64,000 nt of DNA from Candidatus Marinacidobacterales bacterium (GCA_965219415.1 CBDCNP010000002.1:1920001-1984000), one strand, 5' to 3'. Counted from the stretch's first letter, positions 32,183 to 43,132 are shown. Notes: generated from the sequence alone by a model not told the origin. Program-made: numbers and translations.

Positions 32183-33271
32183 CTGCCTTGGTGCACAACT
32201 CCGATAGAGGCCGAGAGCTCGCTTGGCCCCGACTCCCATCATCCGATCATCTCGCTATCAGGCATCCCGAGCGCCGTCATGGTGTTGAGAATCTTGCACC
32301 CGATCCTTGCCTCACCTCTCTGTGCCGCCAACCCTCTCGCTCGCATCGCTGAGCCCACGATAGCCTTGTAGCGATGGAACGTTGTCTCGACTTTGCTCCG
32401 TTTGCTGTAGCCCGATTCTGTGTGCCACTTTCGTTTGCCGAGCCGAGCTTGTGCTGCAATGTTGCGATTGCGCTGTCGGCTGCTCGCCGGCCCCGATGCG
32501 AGCAGGGCGCCCTTGCGCGGCGGTATCAGCACCCTCGGCGAGCGATGAGCGCTGTGATTCTCGATTGCCTCATAGACGCCGCTGGCGTCGTATGCGGTGT
32601 CAGCTCTGGCCGATGAGATGGGACTGTCGATCTGTCCGACAAGCGATGCAACCCGCGATGAATCGCGGGCTCTTTTGCTCGTCAGCTCGCCGGCGACGAC
32701 TTCGCCACTCTGCTCGTCGACACACAGATGGAGCTTGCGATAGTCCCTGCTCTTTTGTGCTCTGCGCAGCTGGCCGGCGTGGACAGCGAGACCGCTGCTG
32801 TCGAACAAGATGTGCAACGGCGTCTTCTGCTTGACTGGGTAGAAGGGGACCTTACCCAGCTTCGGCTTGCGCCTCGAGATCGTGGTGTGATCGGGCACAT
32901 CATTGTCTAGCTTCATCAGAGCGAACAACGACCGCAGCAATCCCTCGCTCTGCCTAGATGACAGATGAAACACCATGCCCAGGGTGACAGCCGTCTCGAT
33001 GGCGTGGTTCGAGTACTTGCGTTGACGGCCCGGTTTCCTCCTCCTTGGCCGGGGCGCGTCCCAGTTCACAAGCTTGCCGGCGGTGAGCGAGATCCAGACG
33101 GTCAGGCTCCCGCGGTTGCGTAGACCCGCCTCATATTCACGCCAATTCCTCACGCGATAGGCCTTCTTCACATACTTCCGCTGAGTGCGTTTGAAAATGC
33201 TCATGGGGAACCTCGTATCCGCGAGTACAGGACAATTGTGGACCGAGATCGCGAGTTGTGCACCAAGGCAG
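32183..33271 (-). mobile_element. IS5-family (IS903-like) insertion sequence
   Basis: Perfect 19-bp IRs CTGCCTTGGTGCACAACTC (32183-32201) and GAGTTGTGCACCAAGGCAG (33253-33271); no flanking direct repeat. Confidence 0.9.
32239..33204 (-). CDS. IS5-family transposase
   Basis: NWREYEAGLRNRGSLTVW, PDHTTISRR, DSSGL, ADTAYD, GYSKRSKVETTF. Confidence 0.92.
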   Translation of the reverse strand: MSIFKRTQRKYVKKAYRVRNWREYEAGLRNRGSLTVWISLTAGKLVNWDAPRPRRRKPGRQRKYSNHAIETAVTLGMVFHLSSRQSEGLLRSLFALMKLDNDVPDHTTISRRKPKLGKVPFYPVKQKTPLHILFDSSGLAVHAGQLRRAQKSRDYRKLHLCVDEQSGEVVAGELTSKRARDSSRVASLVGQIDSPISSARADTAYDASGVYEAIENHSAHRSPRVLIPPRKGALLASGPASSRQRNRNIAAQARLGKRKWHTESGYSKRSKVETTFHRYKAIVGSAMRARGLAAQRGEARIGCKILNTMTALGMPDSEMIG

Positions 33272-34117
33272 CATGGACCCAAGAAGTATAATGTGATGGC
33301 TTTGAAAATAGTACGTCAAGTGTGCGCGATGACATCCTTTATTGGGCGCGATGGCGTTCGTCGGCACATGCAGGTCAACTAACATAGCATTCAAAGGCCT
33401 CCAACGCCCCGCAGCACCGGTGTCGAGTTTGATTTCGAGCTCGCGCCGACCCGCAATTTCGACTTTGCCATTTCACGAGCTTCAACAACTCCCAGATGCA
33501 ATCCACCGTGCAGCCAACCTCGGCAACGAGAATCCTGGAGGGGCGGCGGCTACCGACCGTGCCCCAGTTCCAGTTCGCCGCCATCGGCCACCTACCAGTG
33601 GCAGACGGGGAGTCGGTACCCTACGTGACCGCTAGTTGCCAGCACGTCGGCGAGCCCGTCCGCGAGGACATCGACTGGCGCAGGCCCCCCCCGCGATGGC
33701 TTGCCGCGCATCGACCTCGGGGACCTCCCGGTCGCCATCCACGACCGCTCCATGTGGAGCGTGCGACGCTTGGTGCACACCCGCATCCTCACGAGCCTTC
33801 GCACCTGCTCCAGCCGAAGCGTGCGCTACAACGGCCACCGCGTCGCGACCAAGAGGTACAGTGAGGCCACAAGGTGCGCCGCCGACCACGGAACGACGTT
33901 CACTTCGAGTGGTTCGTTCGGCATCATGTCTGCCGACCGCCCACGCCGCTCGCGGAACTCGCCGCCGGGGCGGGTGCCACGAATCATCACGTCAGCAGAA
34001 TCGTCTGGCCGGCACGCTCGATCTCTCTGTTCGGTCATACGCTCTCACATAGTCGGTTCAAGATCCGAGTCCGTGGCAGCATGCACCAATAATATGAATA
34101 TTGAGGTGCTTCCGCCA

Positions 34118-34956
34118 TCAAGTGTTGCTACGTGGCTGCGGGCAGTGGTACGGGTGCGGAAGAGAGCGGATTGCGCGCCTCTTGACCTGCTCCGGCACCC
34201 GCCGGAGCAACATCTTCGTTCGCTGACTAGTGCTGAACATGGTGCGGTCGGACAGCTTGCCGATCAGCGCATAGCCCGTCTTTCGTTCCACGAGCGTGGT
34301 TACGCAGTCCGGCGCGCCTTTTCCTACCACGGTGTCGATCTCCCAGTGGCCAACGGCACTGCGCTTGTCGACACAAGGCGGCCGCTCGGAGATATGACGC
34401 TTCCCGGCCAGGTGGCCTCGGCTGTCATAGCTGTTGTGGCGCTTGCGTCTAAGTTTGGGCGAGCATCGAAGGTGGCGGTATAGATGTCCTCCGGCCTCCT
34501 TGTCCCGCCAGACGTGGGTGTAGATCGTCTCGTGGCTGATCGAGAGCTCGCCGTGAAGGCGCAGGTGGCCGGAGATCTGCTCTGGGCTCCAGTCAGCCTT
34601 AAGCTTCTTCTCCACCAGGGCAAAGTCGGCCTTTGTGAAGTACTGGTTCCGGCGAGACCGCGATCGTCGTCCGTTCGTTTTCTCGATGGCCTTGCTCGGC
34701 CGGTAGCATCCATCACTACGTGAGCTGTTCCTCCTGACCTCTCTCGAGATTGTGCTCCGGTGGTGCCCCAGGCGCCGCGCAATCTCGGCCGAGCAAAATC
34801 CCTCCCGTCGCAGCGCCGCGATGGTGTATCGTTCTTCCGAGGTGATCTGGTAATAAGTCATTAGCGAGTCCCCATTCTTGGTTGTTTGAGGAATCGTGGC
34901 ACATTCCAGGTCACCTCATCCGGGAGCTGTGTTGCACTTACTTTATGAATTCGGGC
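34118..34956 (-). mobile_element. IS30-family element, 3'-truncated (transposase 34118-34861)
   Basis: HTH EIARRLGHHRSTISREVRRN, WSPEQI, SHETIY, GHWEIDTV, TLVERKT; later DDE residues missing; candidate left end GTGTTGCACTTACTTTATGAATTCGGG near 34928-34955. Confidence 0.85.
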
Positions 34957-35154
34957 TTCATCATCCCTCATCAGCGGCGGCGATTGCGGGGCACCGACGC
35001 CATTGGCTATAACGTCGGTCCTCTCGATTGAGTCGACGAACGGAAGTGGATTGGCGATTCGTCTAGTATCCATAGCCGGCCACGCGGCCGCTGCCAGAGA
35101 GTCAAGCCATATGCGGGCATCAAAACGGCGCGTTGCCGCTAGGTAGTTGGTCAG

Positions 35155-36156
35155 ATGCCCCTCCAAGCGCGCGCGCCCACTCGTATCGATCTGGCGGGGG
35201 GGACTCTCGACATTTGGCCCGTCTACCTGATGCTAGAGCAGGCGGCCACCGTGAACGTCGCTATCGATCTCTATGCCGAAGCGAGCATCGAGCCGGCCAC
35301 GCCCACATGGCGCGTGACGGTCGAGGACGGCGGGGGGCAGATCGAGTCTCCGTCACCGGAAGAGCTCTCTAAGCAGACCGGCGCCGAGATCGCCGGCACG
35401 CTTCTCGGTTTCTTCACACCCGACGAGCCCGTCTCGATCACGACGCGCAGCCACGCACCTCCACAATCGGGACTCGGCGCTTCCTCGGCGCTTGGAATCG
35501 CGCTGGCCGGTGGCCTGAACCAATTGACCGGCTCCCGATACCAGCCTTCGGACCTCATCGAGATCGTGAAGAACACTGAGGCAAAGATCCTCGGGACGAT
35601 GACGGGAGTGCAAGATCACTATCCTCCCGTATACGGCGGCGCCAGCTGTCTCTGGTGGGGCATGGGCGGCGATCGACGCGAGCCGCTGCCCCTCGATGCC
35701 TCGAGCTTCGAGGAACGCTTCTTGCTCGCCTACACGCACCAGCCACACCGCTCGGGAGTCAATAATTGGGAGGTCGTAAAACGCTTCCTGGACGGAGATG
35801 TGACGACCCGGCAAGCTTTCGAGACCATCGGTGCCATCGCCGTTGAGATGCGGGACGCGCTGGTAAACGGGGACCTCGAGCGTGCGGGAGACCTCGTCGG
35901 TGAAGAATGGGAAGCCCGTCAACAACTGGCGCCTGCCGTCTCGAGCCCCGAAGTCGAACGGATCCTGCTGACCGCGCTGCAGTCCGGGGCGGACAGCGGG
36001 AAAGCGTGTGGAGCAGGCGGTGGCGGGTGTCTCCTCATAGCGGTACGACCCGATAAGCGGCCGGCCGTGGAGGACGCGATTCGCGCCGCCGGAGGTTCCC
36101 TGGTAGTCTTCCACGTCGACACCCAGGGTTTACAACTGGATTCCGCAGGAGGATAA
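35155..36156 (+). CDS. GHMP sugar kinase (HddA-like)
   Basis: APTRIDLAGGTLD, PPQSGLGASS, GVQD, KACGAGGGG. Confidence 0.88.
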   Translation: MPLQARAPTRIDLAGGTLDIWPVYLMLEQAATVNVAIDLYAEASIEPATPTWRVTVEDGGGQIESPSPEELSKQTGAEIAGTLLGFFTPDEPVSITTRSHAPPQSGLGASSALGIALAGGLNQLTGSRYQPSDLIEIVKNTEAKILGTMTGVQDHYPPVYGGASCLWWGMGGDRREPLPLDASSFEERFLLAYTHQPHRSGVNNWEVVKRFLDGDVTTRQAFETIGAIAVEMRDALVNGDLERAGDLVGEEWEARQQLAPAVSSPEVERILLTALQSGADSGKACGAGGGGCLLIAVRPDKRPAVEDAIRAAGGSLVVFHVDTQGLQLDSAGG

Positions 36157-36157
36157 T

Positions 36158-36721
36158 TTGGCCACCGCAACACAAATCCGCAAGGGCTGGGTGATCAAAC
36201 TGAACAACGAGCTTTTCTTCGTACTCGCCATGGATCACATCACGCCCGGGAAAGGCAAAGCCTTCGTTCAAACTAAACTACGAAGTCTCAAAAGCGGTCG
36301 GCTCCTCGACCACCGGTTCCGCTCAGTCGATAACGTAGAGAAAGCCGTCTTAACGACCGTTGAAATGAACTACATGTACGGCTCGGGCGGCGAGCACCAC
36401 TTCATGAACAACGAGACGTATGAGCAGATCATGCTCACCGAGACGATCCTCGGCGATGCGATGAACTATCTGGTGCCCAACAGCACCCTCAAGGTACAGA
36501 TGCACGAGGGCACGGCGGTCGGCATCGAGCTCCCGAGCTCGGTGAAGCTCAAGGTCGTCGATACCGAGCCAGGTATCAAAGGTGCCTCGGCGCAGCAGCA
36601 GTCCAAACCGGCCACTCTCGAGACCGGCCTGGTGGTGCAGGTTCCATATTTCGTCAACGAGGACGAAGTGATTCGGATCGACACCTTCGAAGGCAAGTAC
36701 GTCGAGCGAGTCAAGTCGTGA
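36158..36721 (+). CDS. efp: Elongation factor P
   Basis: HITPGKGKAFVQTKL, KPATLETGLVVQVPYF, YVER; TTG start. Confidence 0.96.
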   Translation: MATATQIRKGWVIKLNNELFFVLAMDHITPGKGKAFVQTKLRSLKSGRLLDHRFRSVDNVEKAVLTTVEMNYMYGSGGEHHFMNNETYEQIMLTETILGDAMNYLVPNSTLKVQMHEGTAVGIELPSSVKLKVVDTEPGIKGASAQQQSKPATLETGLVVQVPYFVNEDEVIRIDTFEGKYVERVKS

Positions 36722-36745
36722 GTAGCCATTGAGGGGGGTTCGACA

Positions 36746-37390
36746 TTGATAGTTGCCATCGGCTCCACACGGGGTCCCAAGGTGGAGGCGGTCAGACACG
36801 CACTGTCCATACTCAAGGAGCGATTTCCCGGGTTCTTTCGCGACGAGCTCCGTCTCATCGCCAGGACCGTACCCTCGGGGACTGCATCTACTCCCCTTTC
36901 AACGGCTGAGCTCATGGAAGGCGCTCAAACACGCGCCCAAGGACTCTACGAGATTCTCTCCGAAGAGGGAACTGTCGCCAAGCTGGCTATCGGGCTCGAA
37001 GGAGGACTGCGAAGTGAACATTCTGCGGGCCTCACGGAGCCGGTGGTCTCGCTAGAGGCCTGGGCCTACGTAACCGACGGAGTGAGTGGTTTCTTTGGAA
37101 GCAGCGGTTGTCTGCCGCTTCCCAGCGAGTTGGTTCAAGCTGTGATCGAATGCGGCGAGGATCTCGGGCCGGCTGCAGACAAGTTCTACGGCCAACAGGA
37201 TGTCGCGGGACGACAAGGAACGTTCGGAGTCCTAACCGCCGATCTGGTCACACGGGAAGAAGCGTTCGTGCGCGCTCTTCTCCACGCTTTGGCACCGTTT
37301 TACAACGCGTCTGCGTACGCCGAGCGGGGCGCCGAGAAGACGACCAAGAAACGGCCCGCCCCAGCGCCACAAGCGCCCCCCGAAGCGTAG
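36746..37390 (+). CDS. Non-canonical purine NTP phosphatase (YjjX/DUF84)
   Basis: [33 protein letters not shown]. Confidence 0.82.
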   Translation: MIVAIGSTRGPKVEAVRHALSILKERFPGFFRDELRLIARTVPSGTASTPLSTAELMEGAQTRAQGLYEILSEEGTVAKLAIGLEGGLRSEHSAGLTEPVVSLEAWAYVTDGVSGFFGSSGCLPLPSELVQAVIECGEDLGPAADKFYGQQDVAGRQGTFGVLTADLVTREEAFVRALLHALAPFYNASAYAERGAEKTTKKRPAPAPQAPPEA

Positions 37391-37401
37391 GGCAATCGCA
37401 C

Positions 37402-37974
37402 ATGGATGTCGTTCGCTCTCGCTCGGGATGGATCGAAGTCATCACCGGGAGCATGTTCAGCGGCAAGAGCGAGGAGCTGATTCGCCGCGTGCGACGTGCC
37501 CAGATCGCTCGCCAACGTGTCCAAGTGTTCAAACCGAGCATCGACGGTCGTTACAGTCTGGAGCATATCGTCTCCCACAACGAGCAACGACTCGAGGCGG
37601 AGCTGGTCCCCACCGCGGATGAAATAGAGAATCGTCTCGACGATCGGACCGAAGTCGTGGGCATCGACGAGGCACAATTCTTCGATCCGGACCTAGTCAA
37701 GGTGTGCAACAAATTGGCTTGCATGGGCAAGCGCGTCATCGTTGCCGGCCTCGACCAAGACTACTTGGGCAAGCCTTTCGAACCGCTCCCACAATTGCTC
37801 GCCATTGCGGAGTACATCACCAAGACCCTAGCGATCTGTATGCGTTGTGGGGACCCTGCGAATCACACGCAGCGACTCGGGACCTCCCACGAAAGAGTCG
37901 TGGTCGGAGGTTCCGAAGCCTACGAAGCGCGCTGCAGACGCTGCTTCGAGCCCGGGCCGGCGACCGACAACTGA
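37402..37974 (+). CDS. tdk: Thymidine kinase
   Basis: [24 protein letters not shown], zinc Cys pairs, YEARCRRC. Confidence 0.96.
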   Translation: MDVVRSRSGWIEVITGSMFSGKSEELIRRVRRAQIARQRVQVFKPSIDGRYSLEHIVSHNEQRLEAELVPTADEIENRLDDRTEVVGIDEAQFFDPDLVKVCNKLACMGKRVIVAGLDQDYLGKPFEPLPQLLAIAEYITKTLAICMRCGDPANHTQRLGTSHERVVVGGSEAYEARCRRCFEPGPATDN

Positions 37975-38886
37975 GCCTTTCTTAGTCCTTCCACCCATAG
38001 GTTGGCTCCGAGCACCGCGAGGGTGAGCGCCCCACCCGGCACGGCAAGCGTCCACCAGTATCGGGTCAACGAAGCGTAGTTAGAGGCCGCGAAGGCCAGC
38101 ATGTTTCCCCAACTAGCATGGGGCTCCTGCACTCCGAGGCCTAGGAACGAAAGCGTCGCTTCACCTAACAGGAAATACGGGAGCGTGAGACCCACCTGCA
38201 GCAACAAGAGGGGAAGCGTATTCGGAAGGATGTGTCGGAAGAAGAGTCGACCCTGGCCGGCCCCGGCGGCGACCGCGGACGTGGCAAAGTCGCGTTCTCG
38301 CAGCGACAAGACGTGCCCTCGCACGAGCCGTGAAACACCGCACCAACCGACGAGCGCCAACGACCCAACTAGAATCAAGGCCGTCCAACCCTGGGCTAGG
38401 TCATCGGGGAAAACGTTCCGGATCGCGAGAATCAGATAAAGGGCTGGGAGGGCCATGAAGAGCTCCGTCGTTCGCATCAACCATCGATCCCATATCCCAC
38501 CGCCGATTGCCGCGGCCGCTCCCACGAGGGCGCCGAAGCTCACGGTGAGCAAAACACCAAGTAAAGCGGCCGTTGCACTCACCCGCGCTCCATGGAGCAC
38601 CCTCAAGAGTAGGTCTCTTCCCAGAGCGTCGGTACCCAGGAGATAGACTCGACAACCCTGGAACCCGAACAAATGGGTGGCCCCGTCTTTAGTCCGCCAC
38701 CAGCCAGCTAACTGAACAGCCGGCGCTCGGAAGCGAAGGCGGATGATGGAAGCTCTCCCGATCCTGGGCTCGCGGGCTGTAGGGCGCCAAGAAGGAGGCC
38801 CCGACTCCCGCGACGGTGATGACCGAAAGCAGGGCGATCCCTAAGCGTGCCCCCCGATCGGCCCACCACTTGGGTTTCCTCAACAT
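37920..38886 (-). pseudogene. Peptide ABC transporter permease (OppC/DppC-like), frameshift near 38685
   Basis: LGTDALGRD, RHILPN, EATLSFLGLG, SWGNML; N-terminus (FLAPYSP) in another frame. Confidence 0.8.
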
Positions 38887-38932
38887 TTGTGACTCAGTGC
38901 GCGCTCACTCGTCGATCAATGCCGCGGGGCCC

Positions 38933-39197
38933 CACCGCAGCCTGGCGAGCTCCAGATTGGCAACAACGTATTTTGGCAGCAAGCGGGAATTGAGTTCCCG
39001 CCTGGCGAAGTCGATTGGTGGCACCGACCTCTTTTGGCGGCCGACACGATCTCCCAGCCACGCCTAAGTGCTTCGTCGACTGGGCGACTACGCATGGGCT
39101 CATGGCTGTGTTCCCGCGCTTGGCGCCTCGCTCTTCGCTGGGCGCACCGCCGCCTGGCCACGTCGAGTCTGAGCAACTACCTAGTTTGGCGGCCAAC
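38933..39197. repeat. Three degenerate ~48-bp direct repeats between the permease genes
   Basis: CCTGGC...TTTGGC(A/G)GC units starting at 38941, 39001 and 39153. Confidence 0.6.
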
Positions 39198-39227
39198 TCG
39201 GGCTCGCAGTGAATCTTCTGCACCTTT

Positions 39228-40199
39228 CTAGGCCTCCTCCATGCGAATACGTGGATCGGCGGCGCCCGTCAATAAGTCCGCGATCAGATTGCCGAAGAGG
39301 ATCAAGACCGATCCGAGTACCAATATCCCAAGCAGCAAGAACGAATCTCGGGCGAGCAGTCCGTCGAACGCGAGCCTCCCCATGCCCGGCCATCCGACAA
39401 ACACCTCGATTAGAAACGCACCGTTCAACATCCGCGCTAGAGAAGCGCCCGCGAAAGCGATGAGTGGGACCAATGCCGGCCGGAGACCGTAGCGGACGAG
39501 TATCTGGCCTTCGGTAAGGCCACGGGAGCGCGCCGCCCTCACGAATTCCGAGGGTAGAATTTCGAGTAGAGCCCCCCTGGCCTGCAAGAAGAATAGAGGG
39601 GACATCGAGAAGGTAAGGAGAAAGGCCGGCAACAGTAGATGCCGAGCATGATCCAACATCCGACTCAACCACGGAAGCTCGAGCGATCCGGCCATAGAAC
39701 CACCACTGATGGGAAGCAGACCGGTGGCCGCGGCAATTCCCAAGCCACCCACCGCAAGCACCAAAGTGGGAACCGAGACGGCTCCGAGTGCAAGACCGGC
39801 AAGGATTCGATCCAGCGATCGTCCCGGACCAAGCATCGCGAGAAGGCCGAATGCCAAACCGACGAGGGACGAGACGACCAGCGCCACCAGCACGAGGGCC
39901 AGCGTATAGAGTGCCGCCTCGCCAAGGAGCTCCGCTACCGGACGTCGAAAGGCGAGAGAAACCCCCAGGTCGCCGCGGACCGCTCCCGCCAACCACGACA
40001 GGTATTGTTCATACCAGGGCTTGTCGAGACCGAAGCGGCTCACAAGGTCGTCGACCGTCCAGGGCGGAATCCCCGGATCCAGTCGCAAACGATCGACGAA
40101 CGAGCCGGGCGCCAGGTGGAGAAGCAGAAAGGAGAAGAAGCTCACCCCGAACAGCAAGGGAATGGCGGCCAGAAGTCTCGTGAGCGCCATACGAAACAC
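39228..40199 (-). CDS. Peptide ABC transporter permease (OppB/DppB-like)
   Basis: FGLDKPWYEQY..GDLGVS, EFVRAARSRGL, FVGWPGMG, DPRIR. Confidence 0.92.
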   Translation of the reverse strand: MFRMALTRLLAAIPLLFGVSFFSFLLLHLAPGSFVDRLRLDPGIPPWTVDDLVSRFGLDKPWYEQYLSWLAGAVRGDLGVSLAFRRPVAELLGEAALYTLALVLVALVVSSLVGLAFGLLAMLGPGRSLDRILAGLALGAVSVPTLVLAVGGLGIAAATGLLPISGGSMAGSLELPWLSRMLDHARHLLLPAFLLTFSMSPLFFLQARGALLEILPSEFVRAARSRGLTEGQILVRYGLRPALVPLIAFAGASLARMLNGAFLIEVFVGWPGMGRLAFDGLLARDSFLLLGILVLGSVLILFGNLIADLLTGAADPRIRMEEA

Positions 40200-40280
40200 G
40201 ACGCGTCAAACCTCGACAGCAAGCCCCTCAGGGCGTGGGTAACAAACCCTCATGAAGAGTCCGAAGATTTCGCCGCTCGT

Positions 40281-42791
40281 TTATCCCACCCGGCGATCGG
40301 TCTTGTCCTCGGCTCCAAAGAGGCTGGGCTGTTGTGCGACGCGATCAGACTCCTCCGGCCTTCGGCGACGCATCTTTCGACGACTCTTCTGATCGTACAT
40401 GTTTCTATCGGCCGCCATGAGGAGGGACTCGAGATCGGCACCGTCAGCGGGAAAAGACGCGAGCCCGAGTGATATTCCCACGCTCAGCATCTTTCCGATC
40501 CCGACGTCGATGTCGGATGACTCCACGACTTCCTGCAGTCGATGGGAAAACTGAACGGCCTGTTCCATCGTCGTCTTCGGCAATACCGCAATGAACTCGT
40601 CCCCAGCATAGCGGACCAATACGTCACTGTCTCGCATCTGCGCCTTCAGGATGCGTCCGACCTCTTTTAGGAACCGATCTCCGGCATGATGACCAAAACG
40701 GTCGTTCACGCTCTTGAAGTCATCCAGATCCATCTCGATGACGGTGAGCGGCTCGTCGTAGCGTTTTGCCTCCGAAAGGGTCTGCTCGAAGAAAATGTAG
40801 AGGAATCGAGAATTGGCGAGGCTCGTCAAACGATCGGTGAAGGCGTCCTCTTGGGTCTCCTCGAACCGAATCGCGTTGTAGAGCGCTATCGACGAGCGGT
40901 TGGCGATGATCTCCATCAACCGCACATGGTCGTGCGAATACCGCTCGTTTCCCGACCAATAGAGCCCGATTGTTCCGAGCGGTCGTTCCTCGTGAATCAA
41001 CGGAGCCAAAATGGAGTTATGGTAATTCTTTCGGAATTGCTCGGGAAGAAGCATCAGATCCGGACCCGGGTGTACGTTGTAGAGCATGCGGTTGTTGGCG
41101 GCCACCCAACCGGCCAATCGCGTCCCGAACTCGATGGACACCTCTTTGAAGGCGTCTGGGTCTTGCCCCGTGATGTGAGCGGGTGTTAGAACCCCCTGGC
41201 TATCGTCCACGAGATAGATGACGAGCGTGCTGAACGGAATGATCTTCTCGATCTTGGATGCGATGATGGTGAGCGTGTCGGGACGGGACAACGAATTGCC
41301 AACGGTCTGCAAGATTTCGAATAGAGTAAATACCTCGCGCTGGGGCTCGGATATTGAGTCGCTGAAGGCGGGAGCCTGTGGAACTCCCACGATGTCCGGC
41401 ATCCGCTTCTTGTCCCGATGCTCCTTCGGCGCCGCCAGCTCCCGAACCGCCAATGTTCGTAACTGCGCGTCGAGCCCATCCACGATCTCTAGGAATTTGT
41501 TGAACACAATGGGGTCGAAACGATGTGCTTCCCGTTGCATGATCGAGATCGCTGTTTCCCGATCCAGGGAGCGCCGGTAGACGCGGCGGGCGGTCAGCGC
41601 TTCGTAGCAATCGGCGACCGCCATAATCCGGGAACCAAAAGGAATCTCGTCACCTTTGAGGCCGTCGGGGTAACCGCTCCCGTCCCAATTTTCATGGTGA
41701 TGTTTCACGAATGGAATCACCGGAACTGGGAAATCGATGGTGGAGAGGATCTGAGCACCCACCGCGGGGTGCGTACTCATCTTCTGGAACTCTCTTTCCG
41801 TCAAACGCGTGGGTTTGTGAAGGATGTACGAGGGGATCGAGATCTTGCCAACATCGTGTAACACCGCGGCGAACCAGAGTCCCTCATAAGTTTTATCGTC
41901 GACACCCAACGCGCGCGCCAATTGCAGGGTTATCAAACGGGTGCGTTGAATATGCGTGCTCGTGTGGTGCTTGTAATCGGTATGGAGCTCTAGCGCACCG
42001 ATCGATAGCGCGAACGCTTCCGCGGTTTGAGTGTAGAGCTGCGTAAGGTCTTCGTACTTCTCGTTGTAGAAGTGATGGGCGTAGTAAACCACCACCAAAA
42101 TGGGAAGACCGAGCAGGAACGCCCAAGGCCCAGCCACTCTCTGGAAGAAGTAAATGACTGCCGCGCCGGAGGCGGAAGCGAGAAAGTAGAGAGGAACAAG
42201 GGAAACGTTCTCTCTCCAAAGCCTCCAGAAGTCACTCCGGCCAGTCACTGCCATCATGGCGTGCATGGAGGCGGAGTTGATTAGGAAATACGTCCCGGAC
42301 AGCAAAAGGACGGGCACGATGACTTGATAGGCCGCCACAGGCCCCGATGGCAAGAACGCGTAATACACAATGCCGTAGACGAACGCGTAGATTCCGCCCG
42401 ACGCGGTGTTGAGGATGGCCTGGCCGTTCTTCCACGCTAGGTTCTCGGCGCGGTTCTCCAAGTGCTTCGTCTTGGTAGTAAACCAGTAGCCCGCCAAGGT
42501 GAAGAGGGCATTGGCCACGACTCCCGGCGCAATCCCGTAGATCATCGTCACCGAGAGGATCAGACAATCGGCCACCGCCATCCAGGTTTGGGTGCGAGGG
42601 ACACGAACGACCCACTTAGAGCTTAGAGAAGCGACCGCGATCAGACCGGCCAGCGACAGCCATTCCTGCCAGGTGAAGACCGCACGCAGCTGAACGAGGG
42701 CGTGGAAGGCCCAAGCGAAGATCGGGAGGGCAACGGCGACGACCGCCGCGATGTAGAGCTCGACTTTGGCTGGCCGATCTTGCCAGTCCAT
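40281..42791 (-). CDS. Multi-TM sensor with HD-GYP, GAF and GGDEF domains
   Basis: About 7 hydrophobic segments, LHDVGK, HHENWDGSGYPDGL, GAF (APLIHEERPLGTI), DLDDFKSVNDRFGH..GD and RYAGDEF. Confidence 0.92.
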   Translation of the reverse strand: MDWQDRPAKVELYIAAVVAVALPIFAWAFHALVQLRAVFTWQEWLSLAGLIAVASLSSKWVVRVPRTQTWMAVADCLILSVTMIYGIAPGVVANALFTLAGYWFTTKTKHLENRAENLAWKNGQAILNTASGGIYAFVYGIVYYAFLPSGPVAAYQVIVPVLLLSGTYFLINSASMHAMMAVTGRSDFWRLWRENVSLVPLYFLASASGAAVIYFFQRVAGPWAFLLGLPILVVVYYAHHFYNEKYEDLTQLYTQTAEAFALSIGALELHTDYKHHTSTHIQRTRLITLQLARALGVDDKTYEGLWFAAVLHDVGKISIPSYILHKPTRLTEREFQKMSTHPAVGAQILSTIDFPVPVIPFVKHHHENWDGSGYPDGLKGDEIPFGSRIMAVADCYEALTARRVYRRSLDRETAISIMQREAHRFDPIVFNKFLEIVDGLDAQLRTLAVRELAAPKEHRDKKRMPDIVGVPQAPAFSDSISEPQREVFTLFEILQTVGNSLSRPDTLTIIASKIEKIIPFSTLVIYLVDDSQGVLTPAHITGQDPDAFKEVSIEFGTRLAGWVAANNRMLYNVHPGPDLMLLPEQFRKNYHNSILAPLIHEERPLGTIGLYWSGNERYSHDHVRLMEIIANRSSIALYNAIRFEETQEDAFTDRLTSLANSRFLYIFFEQTLSEAKRYDEPLTVIEMDLDDFKSVNDRFGHHAGDRFLKEVGRILKAQMRDSDVLVRYAGDEFIAVLPKTTMEQAVQFSHRLQEVVESSDIDVGIGKMLSVGISLGLASFPADGADLESLLMAADRNMYDQKSRRKMRRRRPEESDRVAQQPSLFGAEDKTDRRVG

Positions 42792-42979
42792 CGTGACTCC
42801 CGGTTAGCAGAAAGAAAAGTCGAGTTAAAAGAGACTTCTATTTAAGAGTCCGGTCCAATTGACTTCTTCTTTGATTCCGTTTACCGGGGTTCGTATTAAT
42901 GAATTAGCAAGACGGCAAAATGAAGAGATGTGATAGTAGCACAGCGGCGCCAGGCCGGTCAAGATACTAAGGCAGGGAG

Positions 42980-43013
42980 TACGAGGAGGCCACCGAGGTG
43001 ACCTCCTCTCGTA
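42980..43013 (-). terminator. Stem-loop downstream of the micro-ORF
   Basis: GAGGAGG(C)CACC-GA-GGTG(A)CCTCCTC inverted repeat; no clear U tract. Confidence 0.45.
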
Positions 43014-43051
43014 AAGTCAATTAAATCAGGACGATCGACGGAGATCGTCGT

Positions 43052-43078
43052 TTAGACCCAAAGGATTCCGCGATTCAT
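43052..43078 (-). CDS. Putative micro-peptide MNRGILWV
   Basis: ATG AAT CGC GGA ATC CTT TGG GTC TAA; removing the IS1595 element places AAGGAG 7 nt before this ATG. Confidence 0.4.
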   Translation of the reverse strand: MNRGILWV

Positions 43079-43103
43079 TTGGGAATTATATACTAGTTTA
43101 CAC

Positions 43104-43132
43104 TTGACCCCTGCCCCAGCCTTGTGTATACT
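43104..43132 (+). promoter_or_regulatory. Sigma70-type promoter of the transposase
   Basis: TTGACC-17 bp-TATACT, then GGGAG RBS before ATG 43158. Confidence 0.75.

Noticed and set aside
33272-34117. Genes between IS5 and IS30
   Set aside because: Several overlapping ORFs, none with a recognisable motif or RBS; at most a degraded remnant.
38933-39197. CRISPR array
   Set aside because: Repeats are degenerate and irregularly spaced, and there are no cas genes in the window.
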